Source: Myxococcota bacterium
Lineage (GTDB): Bacteria > Myxococcota_A > UBA796 > SXON01
Direction of reading: 5' to 3'
Assembly (NCBI GenBank): GCA_040386535.1
Contig: JAZKFH010000019.1
Location: forward strand, 290,186-354,185
DNA: 64,000 nucleotides
Part shown: one piece after another, positions 50,315 through 60,818 of the stretch
Layout of the letters: each line of letters starts with the position of its first letter
Numbering within the stretch: the stretch's first letter is position 1
Notes under the pieces: generated by a model
Seen by the model: the letters and a program-made list of their open reading frames with translations, nothing else
The model's database searches: none
What the model was told of the DNA's origin: nothing
Position numbers and translations under genes: made by a program

Positions 50315-52308
50315 CACTTGCTCGCCGCCTCGGCCGCGAGCGGGGCGGACACGACCGCGCCCTTGGGGCCGCGCGAAGGCACCAGCGACATCATCGTGCC
50401 GAGCGCCGCGAGGCCTGCGCCGAGCCAGATCCAGACCACGACCGGCTTGCGGAACATGTGCACGCCGACGATGTCGCCGTTGATGCTCATCAGCGAGAGG
50501 TAAAGGTCGTAGCCGAGCGTGGTGCGCACGTCGGGCGAACCGATGGGCGTCATCATGCCGGGGTAGTTGGCGAGGGCAGGGGAGATCAGGGCGGACGCGC
50601 CGTCCTTGCTCGCGCGGAAGTCGGCGATCTGGAGCGTGCGGTTCGACTCGACGACCGTGCGCGCCTGCTCGAAGCAGATGTCGTAGCCCTCGAAGGCGAA
50701 ACAATCGCCCTTGGACATGCGAGTCTCCGCGTCGACCCCGTAGGCGGACGACATCGCGATCGCGAGGATCATGAAGATGACGCCGAGGTGCACGATGTAG
50801 CCGCCGATACGACGGTTGCTCTGCGCGAGCGCGCGGGGGAGGGCGGAGAAGAAGTTGCCGCCGGGCCCCATCGCCACGGCCTGCGCGCGCACGGGCGCCA
50901 CGAGCTCCCTCAGCGTGACGAAGATGGAGAAGCCGCCACACCCGAGGGTGAGCAGCGGCCACGGCTCACGCAGCCCCGCGGCGAGCCCGCCGACCACGGC
51001 GGCGGCCCCTAGCACGAGCGGAGGCAGCACCTGGCCGCGCACCTTCGCCATCGACGCCTGCCCCCACGGGAGCGCCGGCCCGACGCCCATGAGGAACAGG
51101 ATGGCGACGCCGATCGGCACGGCCATGCGGTTGAAGTAGGGCTCGCCGACGGAGAGCTTGACGCCGCGGACGGCCTCGGCGAGGAGCGGGAACGTGGTGC
51201 CGACGAGCACGGTGAAGGTTAGCGCCACGAACAGGAGGTTGTTCAGGAGGAACGCTGTCTCCCGGCTGACCACCGCCGAGACGGCGCCTTCGCCCTCGAG
51301 CTTGTCGATGCGCAGCGCGAGCAGCACCACCGAGAACACCAGGCAGACGGAGAGGAACGCGAGGATCGTCGGCCCGATGTCGGACTGGCTGAACGAGTGG
51401 ACCGAGTTGAACACGCCGCTGCGCGTCATGAACGTGCCCAGCAGCGTCAACAGGAAGCTCGCGATCACGAGCGTGACGGTCCACCCCTTCAGGGCGCCGC
51501 GACGGTGCGGCAACATGGCTGCGTGCAGCGCGGCGGTGGCCGTGAGCCAGGGCAGGAGCGAGGCGTTCTCGACGGGGTCCCACGCCCAGTAGCCGCCCCA
51601 TCCGAGCACCTCGTAGGCCCACCAGCCGCCCAGCGTGATGCCGACGGTGAGGAAGCCCCACGCGACCAGCAGCCAACGGCGCAGCGGGGCGATCTGCGAC
51701 GCCTCCAGCCGGCCCGCGAACAGCGCGCCGACCGCGATTCCAAACGGAATCGTCATCCCGACGTAGCCCAGGTAGAGCATCGGCGGGTGGATGATCATCA
51801 ACACGTGGTTCTGCAGGAGCGGGTTCGGGCCGGGCCCATCCAACGGGATGGGGTTCGGCGCCGGGAGGAAGGCGTTGGCCGGCCCCGCGAGCAGGAAGCA
51901 GAAGAACGTGCCCACGGCGAGCCACACACCGGTGGCCCACGGCATCGTGGAGGGGTTCTGGTCCTTGTTCGACCAGGTGGCCGCCGCCACGTACACGCCG
52001 AGGACGAGGCCCCAGAAGAGGATCGACCCCTCCAGCGAGGACCACAGGCTCACGATGGTGATGTGGGTCGGCGAGTCGATGCTGCCGACCTGGGCGACGT
52101 ACCGCACCGAGAAGTCGTGGGTGAGGAGCGCGTACTCCATGGTCACGTTCGCCAGGATCATGCACGCGGAGAACCCGTATGCGAGGCGACGTGCCCACAT
52201 CCACCCGGTGGCCGAGCGCATCGCGCCCGCGCCGAAGCCCGCCACCGTGCCGGCCGCCGCGCAGGCGAGGCCGAGGAGCACGAAGGCCTGGCCGATGTAG
52301 CCGGTCAT
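50314..52308 (-). CDS. ccmF: Cytochrome c heme lyase CcmF
   Basis: WSSLEGS, HPPMLYLGY, WAYEVLGWGGYWAWDPVEN, TRSGVFNSVHSF. Confidence 0.96.
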
Positions 52309-52727
52309 TTGTCTTCCAACGTCGTGAGCGTGGGCTTCTCGCCTTCCGCGGGCGCCCGGTATTCGTTGTCGTGCTTCACCATCATCCGCGTGCTCTGGAA
52401 CTGCCCGGCCTTGTCGACCGTGCCCTCCACCACCACGCCGATGCCCTCGCGGAACATCTGCGGTGGCACCTCGCGGGTGCTCACCGGGATGGTGGTCGTG
52501 CCGTCAGTGACGCGGAAGTTGAGCACCTGCCCGTCGGGGATGAGGGAGCCGGGCTCGACGAGGCCGCCGAGGCGGATCGTGGCGCCGATCGCCTTCTCCT
52601 TCGCGGCCACCATCTCGGTGGGGCTCCAGTAGTAGACGAGGTTCTCGCCCAGATCGCCCACGGCGATGTAGGCCAGCGCGCTGCCCGCGACGAGGACGGC
52701 ACCGAGTGCCCAGAGCTTGTTGGTCAT
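52305..52727 (-). CDS. ccmE: Heme chaperone CcmE
   Basis: IRLGGLV, FREGIGVVVEG, KHDNEY. Confidence 0.95.
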   Translation of the reverse strand: MTNKLWALGAVLVAGSALAYIAVGDLGENLVYYWSPTEMVAAKEKAIGATIRLGGLVEPGSLIPDGQVLNFRVTDGTTTIPVSTREVPPQMFREGIGVVVEGTVDKAGQFQSTRMMVKHDNEYRAPAEGEKPTLTTLEDK

Positions 52728-52855
52728 TGCTGCCCCTTCACCGACTTCTGCCGCAGCCGGAGCTGCATGGACACCGCGTAGATCACGAGCACGGCGAACG
52801 TGAGGCCGTAGGCCCCCCACACGTACTCCCAACCGCCCTGGATCATCCCGGTCAT
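52724..52855 (-). CDS. ccmD: Heme exporter protein CcmD
   Basis: 43 aa; YVWGAYG, TM, basic tail; overlaps ccmC and ccmE. Confidence 0.85.
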   Translation of the reverse strand: MTGMIQGGWEYVWGAYGLTFAVLVIYAVSMQLRLRQKSVKGQQ

Positions 52856-53532
52856 GCCGCCTCCAGTTCCGTCATCTCCGCCGCGAGCCGCTGCCGCGCG
52901 ATCCGGTAGCGCCGGACCACGAGCCAGATCGCGATGAAGAGCAACGCGAACGCATTGATGCGCAACGGGGTCACCATCGACCCGTCGACCGTCGCCGGCG
53001 AGCTCTGCACCTGGTGCAGGGACCGCCACCAGCGGACGGAGAAGTAGACGATCGGCACGTCAACATACGCGATGATCGAGGCCACCGCAGTCCACGTGGC
53101 GCGGCGCTTCGGCTCGTCCACGAACGTACGGAGCGCGAGGATCGCGGCGAACGCGAGGACGAGCACCGCGGTCGTCGTGAGGCGCGGATCCCAGTCCCAC
53201 CACACGCCCCAGGTCGGCCGGGCCCAGATGCTGCCCTGGCAGAGCAGGAGGCACCCGAGCACCACGCCCACCTCGATGCCGGCCTCCTGCAGGGCGTCCC
53301 AGCCCCACGTGCCCCGCCACAACCACCCGATCGAGACAAAAAATACCATCGTGAACACGAGCAGCGTGGCCCAGGCCGTCGGCACGTGGACGTACATGAT
53401 CCGCATCACGTCGCCCATGAAGCGGTCGGGTGGGGCCACGAACAGCCCCTCGAAGCTGCCCCAGAGGAGCAGGAGCAGGCCGAAGAGGCCGACCACGTGC
53501 TCCCACCGCTGTTGCAAGACCTGGCGGTTCAT
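52852..53532 (-). CDS. ccmC: Heme exporter protein CcmC
   Basis: YVHVP, GSIWARPTWGVWWDWDPRLT, WWRSLHQ. Confidence 0.96.
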   Translation of the reverse strand: MNRQVLQQRWEHVVGLFGLLLLLWGSFEGLFVAPPDRFMGDVMRIMYVHVPTAWATLLVFTMVFFVSIGWLWRGTWGWDALQEAGIEVGVVLGCLLLCQGSIWARPTWGVWWDWDPRLTTTAVLVLAFAAILALRTFVDEPKRRATWTAVASIIAYVDVPIVYFSVRWWRSLHQVQSSPATVDGSMVTPLRINAFALLFIAIWLVVRRYRIARQRLAAEMTELEAA

Positions 53533-53536
53533 CGGG

Positions 53537-54214
53537 TCAGTCCTCCACCACGCGGCCGAAGAGCAGGCCGCAGAGGCTCCAGTAGATGACGTTGAAGGCC
53601 ACGAGGAGCCCGACCCAGCTCGGGAGCTGGCTCATCGGGTCGCCCGAGAGGATGAGCGACGTGGCCTTGACGCACGACAATAGCGCCGGAACCACCAGTG
53701 GAAAGAGAAAGAGGGGAAGCAACACGTCGCCCCCCCGCGCCCGGGCCGTGAGCGCCGAGTAGAGCGTGCCCGGCGCCACGAGCCCAGCCGCCCCGAGCGC
53801 GATCACCCCCGCCAGCCGGGGGACACCCAGGACGATGGGCGTGTCGTACAGCGCCACCATCACGGGGATCAGCGCCACGCCGAGGCCGGTGAGCACCGCG
53901 AGGTTCGCCAGGGCCTTGCCGTAGTAGATGGCGCGCGGATCCGTGGGGAGCAGGAGCAGCCCCTCGAGCGCGCCGTTGTGCAGCTCGATGCGGAAGGACT
54001 CGGCGAGCGAGAGCGTGCTGCACAGCAGCAGCGCGAGCCACAGATAGCCCGCGGCGTTCGCCCGCAACATCGTGCTGTCCGGCCCGTTCGCGAACGAGAA
54101 GAGCAGGAGCGTCGTGAGCCCGAACACGGCCACCGCGACGAGGCGTGCCCGCGCGCGCCACTGTTGCAGGAGGTCCTTGCGGAGCACGTTGACGCATTGG
54201 TGGAGAAGCTCCAT
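53537..54214 (-). CDS. ccmB: Heme exporter protein CcmB
   Basis: RKDL, GALEGLLL, YGKAL, LLPLFLFPLVVP. Confidence 0.92.
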   Translation of the reverse strand: MELLHQCVNVLRKDLLQQWRARARLVAVAVFGLTTLLLFSFANGPDSTMLRANAAGYLWLALLLCSTLSLAESFRIELHNGALEGLLLLPTDPRAIYYGKALANLAVLTGLGVALIPVMVALYDTPIVLGVPRLAGVIALGAAGLVAPGTLYSALTARARGGDVLLPLFLFPLVVPALLSCVKATSLILSGDPMSQLPSWVGLLVAFNVIYWSLCGLLFGRVVED

Positions 54215-54225
54215 CGGGTACCCGC

Positions 54226-54954
54226 CTACTCCTGGGGCTCCCCAGCCGGTTCGACGAACTCCACTGCGGGGGCGTCCGCGGCTTTCCCGCGCCACTTAAC
54301 GCGGCCCGCTTCGAGGAGCACCGCCTCGTCGCAGAGCGTGGCGCCCCGGGCGACCTGGTGGGTGGAGAGGACCACGGTGGTGCCCGCTGCGCGCAAGTCC
54401 CGGATCAACTGGTCGACGAAGCGGCCGCCGGCGGGATCGAGCCCGGCGTACGGCTCGTCGAGGAGGACGAGATCGGCGCGCTTCCACAACAAGCGCGCGA
54501 ACGCGAGGCGCTTGCGCATGCCGGCGGAGAAGGTGCGCACCACGTCGTCCGCGCGGCTCTCCAGCCCCACGAGGGCGAGCACGGCGTCGACACCCGGGCC
54601 CTCGCGGGGGGCGAGCCGGGCGTACACCTGGAGGTTCTCCCGCGCGGACAGGTCGTCGTAGTGGTGATCGGCGTGGGAGATCATCGCGACGCGCGCACGC
54701 GCGGCCACGGCGGAACCGCCGAACAGCTGCAGCGAACCGGAGGTGGGCGCGAGGGCCGTGCCGAGAAGGCGGATGAGCGTGGTCTTGCCGGAGCCGTTCG
54801 CGCCGATGACCATCAACGCGCGGCCCGGATCCAGCGAGAGGTCGACCCCACGCAGCGCCCACCGACCGGCGTGGCGGCGCGCCAATCTCACGGCGGCGAC
54901 GACAGGGGCGCGGGCCGGGGGGGAGTGTGTGGGAGCGAACAGGGCTTCCGACAT
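54226..54954 (-). CDS. ccmA: Heme ABC exporter ATPase CcmA
   Basis: GANGSGKTT, FSAGMRKR, LLDEP; first gene of ccm operon. Confidence 0.9.
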   Translation of the reverse strand: MSEALFAPTHSPPARAPVVAAVRLARRHAGRWALRGVDLSLDPGRALMVIGANGSGKTTLIRLLGTALAPTSGSLQLFGGSAVAARARVAMISHADHHYDDLSARENLQVYARLAPREGPGVDAVLALVGLESRADDVVRTFSAGMRKRLAFARLLWKRADLVLLDEPYAGLDPAGGRFVDQLIRDLRAAGTTVVLSTHQVARGATLCDEAVLLEAGRVKWRGKAADAPAVEFVEPAGEPQE

Positions 54955-54991
54955 CGGGGGCCCGGTTAACGCGTTAGGTTCGGCCTCGCCG

Positions 54992-55471
54992 ATGGACGAG
55001 CCCGCTTCTACCCCTCCCATCTTCCACCTCGCGTTGGTGCATCCCGAGATCCCGCAGAACGCGGGCAACGTCGGAAGGATGTGCCTCGGAGTAGGCGCGA
55101 AGCTGCACCTCGTCCATCCGCTCGGGTTCTCCACGCACGAGAGCGCGGTCCGGCGGGCGGGGCTCGACTACTGGAAACACGTCGACCTGATGGAGCACGC
55201 CAGCCTCGACGCCTTCTGGGAGTGGGTCGGTGAGCGCCGCGTGTGGTGCCTCTCCTCGCAGGGCACGGTGCCGTACACCCGCGCGCCGTACGCCGTGGGG
55301 GACGTGCTGGTGTTCGGCCGTGAATCGGTCGGCCTGCCCCCCGAGGTGCTCGCGGGGCGGAACCTCCTCCAGATCCCGATGACCGGCCCCACGCGGAGCC
55401 TCAACCTCTCCAACGCCGCCGCCGTGGTGGCCTACGCCGCGCTGGCCCGTCTGCGCCCGGAGCTGTTCTGA
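54992..55471 (+). CDS. trmL: tRNA (cytidine/uridine-34 2'-O)-methyltransferase
   Basis: PEIPQNAGN, RRAGLDYW, FGRESVGLP, RSLNLSNA. Confidence 0.95.
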   Translation: MDEPASTPPIFHLALVHPEIPQNAGNVGRMCLGVGAKLHLVHPLGFSTHESAVRRAGLDYWKHVDLMEHASLDAFWEWVGERRVWCLSSQGTVPYTRAPYAVGDVLVFGRESVGLPPEVLAGRNLLQIPMTGPTRSLNLSNAAAVVAYAALARLRPELF

Positions 55472-56499
55472 TGTTTCCGCCCGACTTCTACGCGGTGGTG
55501 TTGGCGGGCGGTCGCGGTACGCGCTTCTGGCCGTTGTCCCGGCGGAACGTCCCCAAGCAGTGCCTCTCGATCGACGGCGGACCGACGCTCCTGCAGCGCA
55601 CCGTGGCGCGCACGGGCCTGCCGCCGGAGCGCATCCTCGTCGTGACCGGTCCCGACATGGTCGAGCCCGTCCGCGAGCAGATCCCCGGGATCGAGGTGCT
55701 CGTCGAGCCGAGTCCGCGGAACACCGCGCCGGCCATCGCCTGGGCCACCTGGGAGGTCGCGCGCCGCGGGGGCACGAGCTGCGCCGTGTTGCCGTCCGAC
55801 CACGTCATCGCCGACGAGCCCGCGTTCCGCGCCTCCCTCGCGCAGGCGGCGCGCGTCGCGTCGGGTGGCGCGCTCGTCACCCTCGGCGTGAGGCCCACGC
55901 GCCCGGAGACCGGGTACGGCTGGATCGAGCCGGAAGAGAGCGCGGGCGCAGACCACGCGGTGCGCCGCTTCGTCGAGAAGCCGCCTCTCGAGACCGCGGA
56001 GCGCCTCCTCGCCGGTGGCCGCCACCTGTGGAACGCCGGCATGTTCGTGTGGACCACGCGGGCGCTGCTCGACGCGGTCGCCACCCACCTGCCCGGCACC
56101 GCGGCGATGCTCGCGAAGCTCGACGCCGGCGCGACCATCGCGGACGTGTGGGGCCTCTCCGACGCCACGAGCATCGACTACGGCGTGATGGAGCGCGCCC
56201 GGGACATCCGCGTGGTGCCCGTCGACTTCGGGTGGTCCGACGTGGGGAGCTGGCCCGCCCTGCTCGAGGTGCTTCCGCTGGGGGAGGGCGGCGTGACGGT
56301 CGCGGACGCGGTGGTGGCCCGCCGCGCGGAGGGCAACATCGTCCACGCCCGCGGCAAGCTCGTCGCGCTGCTCGGGGTCGACGATCTCATCGTGGTGGAC
56401 ACGCCGGACGCGCTGCTCGTGGCGCGGCGAGCGGACGCGCAGGAGGTGCGCCTCCTGCTCGAAGAGGTCGAGCGCCGCGGGCTCGGTCGGTACGCTTGA
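55471..56499 (+). CDS. manC: Mannose-1-phosphate guanylyltransferase (no PMI domain)
   Basis: LAGGRGTRFWPLSR..PKQ, RNTAPAI, PETGYG, FVEKP, SIDYGVME, WSDVGSW. Confidence 0.92.
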   Translation: MFPPDFYAVVLAGGRGTRFWPLSRRNVPKQCLSIDGGPTLLQRTVARTGLPPERILVVTGPDMVEPVREQIPGIEVLVEPSPRNTAPAIAWATWEVARRGGTSCAVLPSDHVIADEPAFRASLAQAARVASGGALVTLGVRPTRPETGYGWIEPEESAGADHAVRRFVEKPPLETAERLLAGGRHLWNAGMFVWTTRALLDAVATHLPGTAAMLAKLDAGATIADVWGLSDATSIDYGVMERARDIRVVPVDFGWSDVGSWPALLEVLPLGEGGVTVADAVVARRAEGNIVHARGKLVALLGVDDLIVVDTPDALLVARRADAQEVRLLLEEVERRGLGRYA

Positions 56500-56595
56500 C
56501 ACACGGGCCTGCGTAGGCGGTAGGATTCGTCGCGCCGCCCGCGGAACCCTCCGCGCGACCCGACCGGGTCCTCCGCCATCGCCCCCGAGGCTTCC

Positions 56596-56976
56596 ATGTC
56601 CCTCGCGCTCCTCGTCCTCGCCGCGTGCGCCAACCAGGTCACGATTACGCCCAGCCAGGGCGGCTGCGCCGACTACGACTTCGCCGATCCGGCCGAGTCC
56701 ACCATCGAGTGGGAGGCGTCGAAGTCCGGCAGCGCGCGCGTGTGGCGCGCCAACGCCCTGCAGGAGCAGACCGGCCTCGTGTTCGATCCGCTGATCGAGG
56801 TCGAAGGCAAGGTGGTCAGCGTCTACGAGGCGTGGACGGGCGGCGAGACCGAGGACTCGTTCTGCTACGAGCCCGTCGTGTCGTTCGAGGGCCTCTCCCG
56901 CGAGCTGCAGGTGCGCTGGTACCTGTACGCCGGAGACACCGTGCCCTACGAGTCCGTGGAGATCGACGCGCCCTGA
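56596..56976 (+). CDS. Hypothetical lipoprotein
   Basis: GAGG SD; LAAC lipobox. Confidence 0.7.
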   Translation: MSLALLVLAACANQVTITPSQGGCADYDFADPAESTIEWEASKSGSARVWRANALQEQTGLVFDPLIEVEGKVVSVYEAWTGGETEDSFCYEPVVSFEGLSRELQVRWYLYAGDTVPYESVEIDAP

Positions 56977-57001
56977 GGGCCCGCTCCACCGGAGCGGACC
57001 G

Positions 57002-57043
57002 AGCTACTGGGCGCGCGTGTCCAGCTACTGGCCGCGCGTGTCC
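57002..57043. repeat. 21-bp tandem duplication spanning a stop codon
   Basis: AGCTACTGGGCGCGCGTGTCC then AGCTACTGGCCGCGCGTGTCC (1 mismatch). Confidence 0.8.
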
Positions 57044-57609
57044 ATCGTGCCGTCCCCGTCGACGTCCTTGCCGGTCTTCACGACCGTGCCGGTCTCGTCG
57101 AGGTACTCCCACGCGTCGATCCGGCCGTCGGCGTCGGAGTCGCGCTCCTTGCGGCGGACCACGCCCGACTCGTAATACTTGAACAGGTCGAACGTGCCGT
57201 TGAAGTCGGTGTCGACCTCGGCGTAGGTGCGCTTGCCGCCGATGTAGTGATCGACCCAGTCGGCGCGCCCGTCGAAGTCCTGGTCGAGCTGCTCCTTCAC
57301 GCGCTGCCCGCCATCGTCGAACTCCGAGCGGACGTCGATGCGGCCGTCATGGTTCAGGTCGGTGTCCTTGCGGACGAGCAGGCGCGGCGCGTCGGTGCGC
57401 TCACGGAAGTAGTTCGTGATCTCGGGCTTGCCGTCGCGGTCGAAGTCGACCTTGACCTCGGTCAGGCCGTCCGCCGTGGTCGTGGTCGTCAGCTGTTCGG
57501 CCGGGCCGCTGTCGGGAACCTCGCCCTTCATGTAGTCGCCGTTCTGCGTCGGCTTCGGACAACCAAGGAGGACCGTGGGCAGGGCCGCGAGCAGCAGGAG
57601 GGGGAACAT
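57025..57609 (-). CDS. Lipoprotein with repeated DxDxDG calcium-binding-like motifs
   Basis: LLGC lipobox; DFDRDG, DLNHDG, DQDFDG, DTDFNG, DSDADG, DVDGDG. Confidence 0.8.
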   Translation of the reverse strand: MFPLLLLAALPTVLLGCPKPTQNGDYMKGEVPDSGPAEQLTTTTTADGLTEVKVDFDRDGKPEITNYFRERTDAPRLLVRKDTDLNHDGRIDVRSEFDDGGQRVKEQLDQDFDGRADWVDHYIGGKRTYAEVDTDFNGTFDLFKYYESGVVRRKERDSDADGRIDAWEYLDETGTVVKTGKDVDGDGTMDTRGQ

Positions 57610-57823
57610 CTGGGGAACCAGCAGCGTCCGCGAACGGTTCAAGAGCGCCTCTGTGGCGACGGGCAGGGCCGAGCGTAGTGAAAACAACACGCTGCTCGGC
57701 GTATCCTGTCAAACGCGCCGCTGCCTTGTCCGGTAAGCCACACGGCAGCGTGCCGTGCGTGGGGTCGCGGAGCGCGCCGTCGCTCACGTGGACGTTGTGA
57801 TAGGGTGGCGGCTCGGAGGGGCG

Positions 57824-58990
57824 TTGTCCGAAGCTCGGCGCAAGCACCTGCTCGTCGTGGACGACGAGCCGGTCATCCTGCAGATCCTCAAGGCGGTGTT
57901 CGAGGAGGAGCCCTATCGGCTCACGCTCCTCTCCTCCGGTCGTGACGCCCTGCGCGTCATCGCCGAGGACGACGTCGATCTCCTCCTCACCGACAAGAAC
58001 CTCCCCGACGTGGGCGGGATGGAACTCCTCCGCGCCGCCAAGCAGAAGGACGCGCTGACGGAGGTGGTGATCATCACCGGATACGGCTCGTTGGAGACAG
58101 CGCTCACGGCGCTCGAATTCGACGCGTTCGACTACGTGCTCAAGCCGCTGAACAACGTCTTCGACATCCGCAAGAAGGTGCGGCAGGCGTTCCAGAAGCA
58201 GGAGATCGCGCTCGAGAACCGGCGGCTGATCGCCGAGCTCCAGAAGAAGAACTCCGAGCTCGAGGTGGCCCTCGAAGAGACGCGCGGCCTGCAGGCCGAG
58301 CTCATCCAGTCGGAGAAACTCGCGGGCATCGGCACGCTGGCGGCCGGCATCGCCCACGAGATCAGCTCGCCGCTGTTCGGCATCATGGGGCTCGCCGAAG
58401 CCGTGGTGGACGAGCAGGATCTCGCGCTCGCCCAGGGCTACGCGCGGGACGTCGTCGAGTACTGCCGCACCATCCGCGACATCGTAGTCGAGCTGTCCAG
58501 TTACTCGCGCGTCGCGACGAGCGAATACCTCACCACAGTCGAGCTCTCCCGCGTGGTGCTCGACGCGTTGCGGCTCGTCGAGCGCTCCGCCCCCGTGTCC
58601 GAGGTGCGCTTCGAGACCGATCTGGGCGCCGGGCTGTACCTCAACGCGCGCACGAACGAGATCCAGCAGGTGTTCGTCAACCTGATCAAGAACGCCGCTG
58701 AAGCCGTTCTCGAGCGCCACCCCGGCGGGGGCGGCGTGGTCCGGATCGCGTCCGGCTATGGGGACGGCTGGACCTGGGCGACCGTCAGCGACAACGGCTC
58801 GGGCATCCCCGAGGACAAGCGCCGCCTCATCTTCGACCCGTTCTACACGACCAAGCCGCCGGGCAAGGGGACGGGCCTCGGGCTCAACATCGTGTACCGC
58901 ATCGTGACGAAGTACCGCGGCAGCATCCAGGTCCAGAGCGGCGTCGGGGAGGGGACCACCTTCGAGCTTCGGTTCCCGGTCGACCGGTAG
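57824..58990 (+). CDS. Hybrid receiver / histidine kinase
   Basis: LLVVDDE, TDKNLP; SEKLAGIGTLAAGIAHEI, NLIKNA, DNGSGI, FDPFYTTK, GTGLGL; TTG start after GGAGG. Confidence 0.93.
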   Translation: MSEARRKHLLVVDDEPVILQILKAVFEEEPYRLTLLSSGRDALRVIAEDDVDLLLTDKNLPDVGGMELLRAAKQKDALTEVVIITGYGSLETALTALEFDAFDYVLKPLNNVFDIRKKVRQAFQKQEIALENRRLIAELQKKNSELEVALEETRGLQAELIQSEKLAGIGTLAAGIAHEISSPLFGIMGLAEAVVDEQDLALAQGYARDVVEYCRTIRDIVVELSSYSRVATSEYLTTVELSRVVLDALRLVERSAPVSEVRFETDLGAGLYLNARTNEIQQVFVNLIKNAAEAVLERHPGGGGVVRIASGYGDGWTWATVSDNGSGIPEDKRRLIFDPFYTTKPPGKGTGLGLNIVYRIVTKYRGSIQVQSGVGEGTTFELRFPVDR

Positions 58991-58997
58991 CGCGTCG

Positions 58998-60818
58998 ATG
59001 CGGCTCGGCCTCCGCATCAGCTTCTTCGTGGCGTTCACCGCGATCATCCCGGTGTTGCTGCTGGCGCTCGCCGCGTCGCAGGTCGCGCGGAGCCAGGCAG
59101 AGGGGCAGATCGTCGACTTCCAGGTGGAGGCCGCGCGCTCCCTGGGGGCCTCCATCGCGCGCCAACTCGCCGACACCGAGCGCGTGCTGATCCAGCAGGT
59201 CGCCAACTTCCGATTGGACGTCGCCTCCGACGAGGCGCGCGCGTCGTTCCTCGTGGCGACGTACCGGCTGTTTCCCGAGATCGCGATCGCAGTGCTCCTG
59301 GACGAGGACGGCGTCGAGATCGCCCCGCCGCTCTTCCAGCCCGAGGGCAAGGAGCCCGACCTGGTCGACCACGACCAGGTGTCGATCGCCCGGCTCACCC
59401 AGTTCCGCGCGGCGCTCCCGGCCCCCTCGCGTGTGCCCGGCGCCGTCGTCGTCGGGGAGCCGTACCTCCCGGATCGCGCCGCGGCCGCCGTCCTCCCGAT
59501 GGTGTTCACATCGCCGTGGGGCGACGGCGTGGCGCTGGCGGTCGAGCTCTCCCTCGCGCCCGTCGCGTCTCGGATGAGCACGATGGCGCACCAACGCGAG
59601 ATCAACCTCATGAGCGCGGACGGCCTGGTGCTCCTCCGGGCAGGGCCTCGCGGCCTGGTGGACCCGTCCCGGACGCGTGCGTTCCTCCGGAACGCCGAGG
59701 TCGACCTTCGCTACGACACGGCCGACGGGGAGGCGGTCCTCGCGGCGTTGGCGAGCGTCCCCGGGCACGACTGGGCCGTCGTCGTGGCCGAGCCCGCGGA
59801 CGCCGTGGGGGCGGCGGCGCACGAGATCCAGCTGCGCACCTGGTACGTCGGCGGCGTCGCGCTCCTCATCGCCCTGGTCGGCGGCGGGTTCCTGACGCGT
59901 TCGATCACCGGGCCGGTCGTGAAGCTCCGCGACGCTTCGCACGCGGTCGGGCGGGGGGAGTTCGCGTCGCGCATGCCGATCGAGGGGCGGGACGAGCTCA
60001 CCGAGCTGGCGACCGCGTTCAACCGCATGTCCGCCTCGCTCGAGCAGAACGCGGCGGAGATCGCGTCGAAGAACCAGGAGATCGAGCGGTTCAACCTCGA
60101 GCTCCAGGCGCGCGTGGAGCAGCGCACCCACCAGCTTCGCGAGGCCCAGGCCCGCCTCGTCCAGACCGGCCAGCTCGCCGCGGTGGGCGAGCTCTCCGCG
60201 GGCCTCGCCCACGAGCTGAACAACCCGCTCGCGGGAATTCTTGGGGTCGTGCAGATTCTCTCCGCGCAGCTCCACGATCGTCCCGAGGCCGCGCTCCTCC
60301 GCGCCGCCGAGACCGAGGCGCTCCGGTGCAAGGACATCGTGGCGAACCTCCTCCGGTTCACACGCTCGGGGCCACAGAAGGGGCCGGGCGCCGAGGATGT
60401 GGTAGATTTGGGCGCCGTCGTGCGGGACGTGCTCGCGCTGGTGGGCGGGCCTCTCCGCCAACGGGGAGTCGCGGTGGACCTCTCGACGACCGATGCGCCG
60501 ATGTTGATGCGTGGCGACGCATCCCAGCTCGGCCGTGCCCTCGGGCAGCTGCTCACGTCGTTGCGGGCCGTCGCGGAGCCGGGATCCACCTTGACGATCG
60601 CCGGCGCGGTGCCCGGCCCGGAGCTCGAGCTCCGCTTCGCCCTTGCGCGCACGGTACGGGACACGGACGACTGGCGTGCTGCCGGCCTCGGCTTCTGGGT
60701 GGCCCGGCAGGTGTTCCAGGAGCACGGCGCGACCCTCGAGGAGCCGGTCGGCGAGCGGGGAGACGCACGGACCTGGCTCCTGCGCGCCCCGCGCTGCCTC
60801 GCCGGGGACGTGGCCTGA
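58998..60818 (+). CDS. Membrane sensor (Cache-like / HAMP / HisKA) with degenerate ATPase domain
   Basis: Two TMs; HAMP DELTELATAFNRM; AHELNNPL; N and G1 boxes absent. Confidence 0.85.
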   Translation: MRLGLRISFFVAFTAIIPVLLLALAASQVARSQAEGQIVDFQVEAARSLGASIARQLADTERVLIQQVANFRLDVASDEARASFLVATYRLFPEIAIAVLLDEDGVEIAPPLFQPEGKEPDLVDHDQVSIARLTQFRAALPAPSRVPGAVVVGEPYLPDRAAAAVLPMVFTSPWGDGVALAVELSLAPVASRMSTMAHQREINLMSADGLVLLRAGPRGLVDPSRTRAFLRNAEVDLRYDTADGEAVLAALASVPGHDWAVVVAEPADAVGAAAHEIQLRTWYVGGVALLIALVGGGFLTRSITGPVVKLRDASHAVGRGEFASRMPIEGRDELTELATAFNRMSASLEQNAAEIASKNQEIERFNLELQARVEQRTHQLREAQARLVQTGQLAAVGELSAGLAHELNNPLAGILGVVQILSAQLHDRPEAALLRAAETEALRCKDIVANLLRFTRSGPQKGPGAEDVVDLGAVVRDVLALVGGPLRQRGVAVDLSTTDAPMLMRGDASQLGRALGQLLTSLRAVAEPGSTLTIAGAVPGPELELRFALARTVRDTDDWRAAGLGFWVARQVFQEHGATLEEPVGERGDARTWLLRAPRCLAGDVA

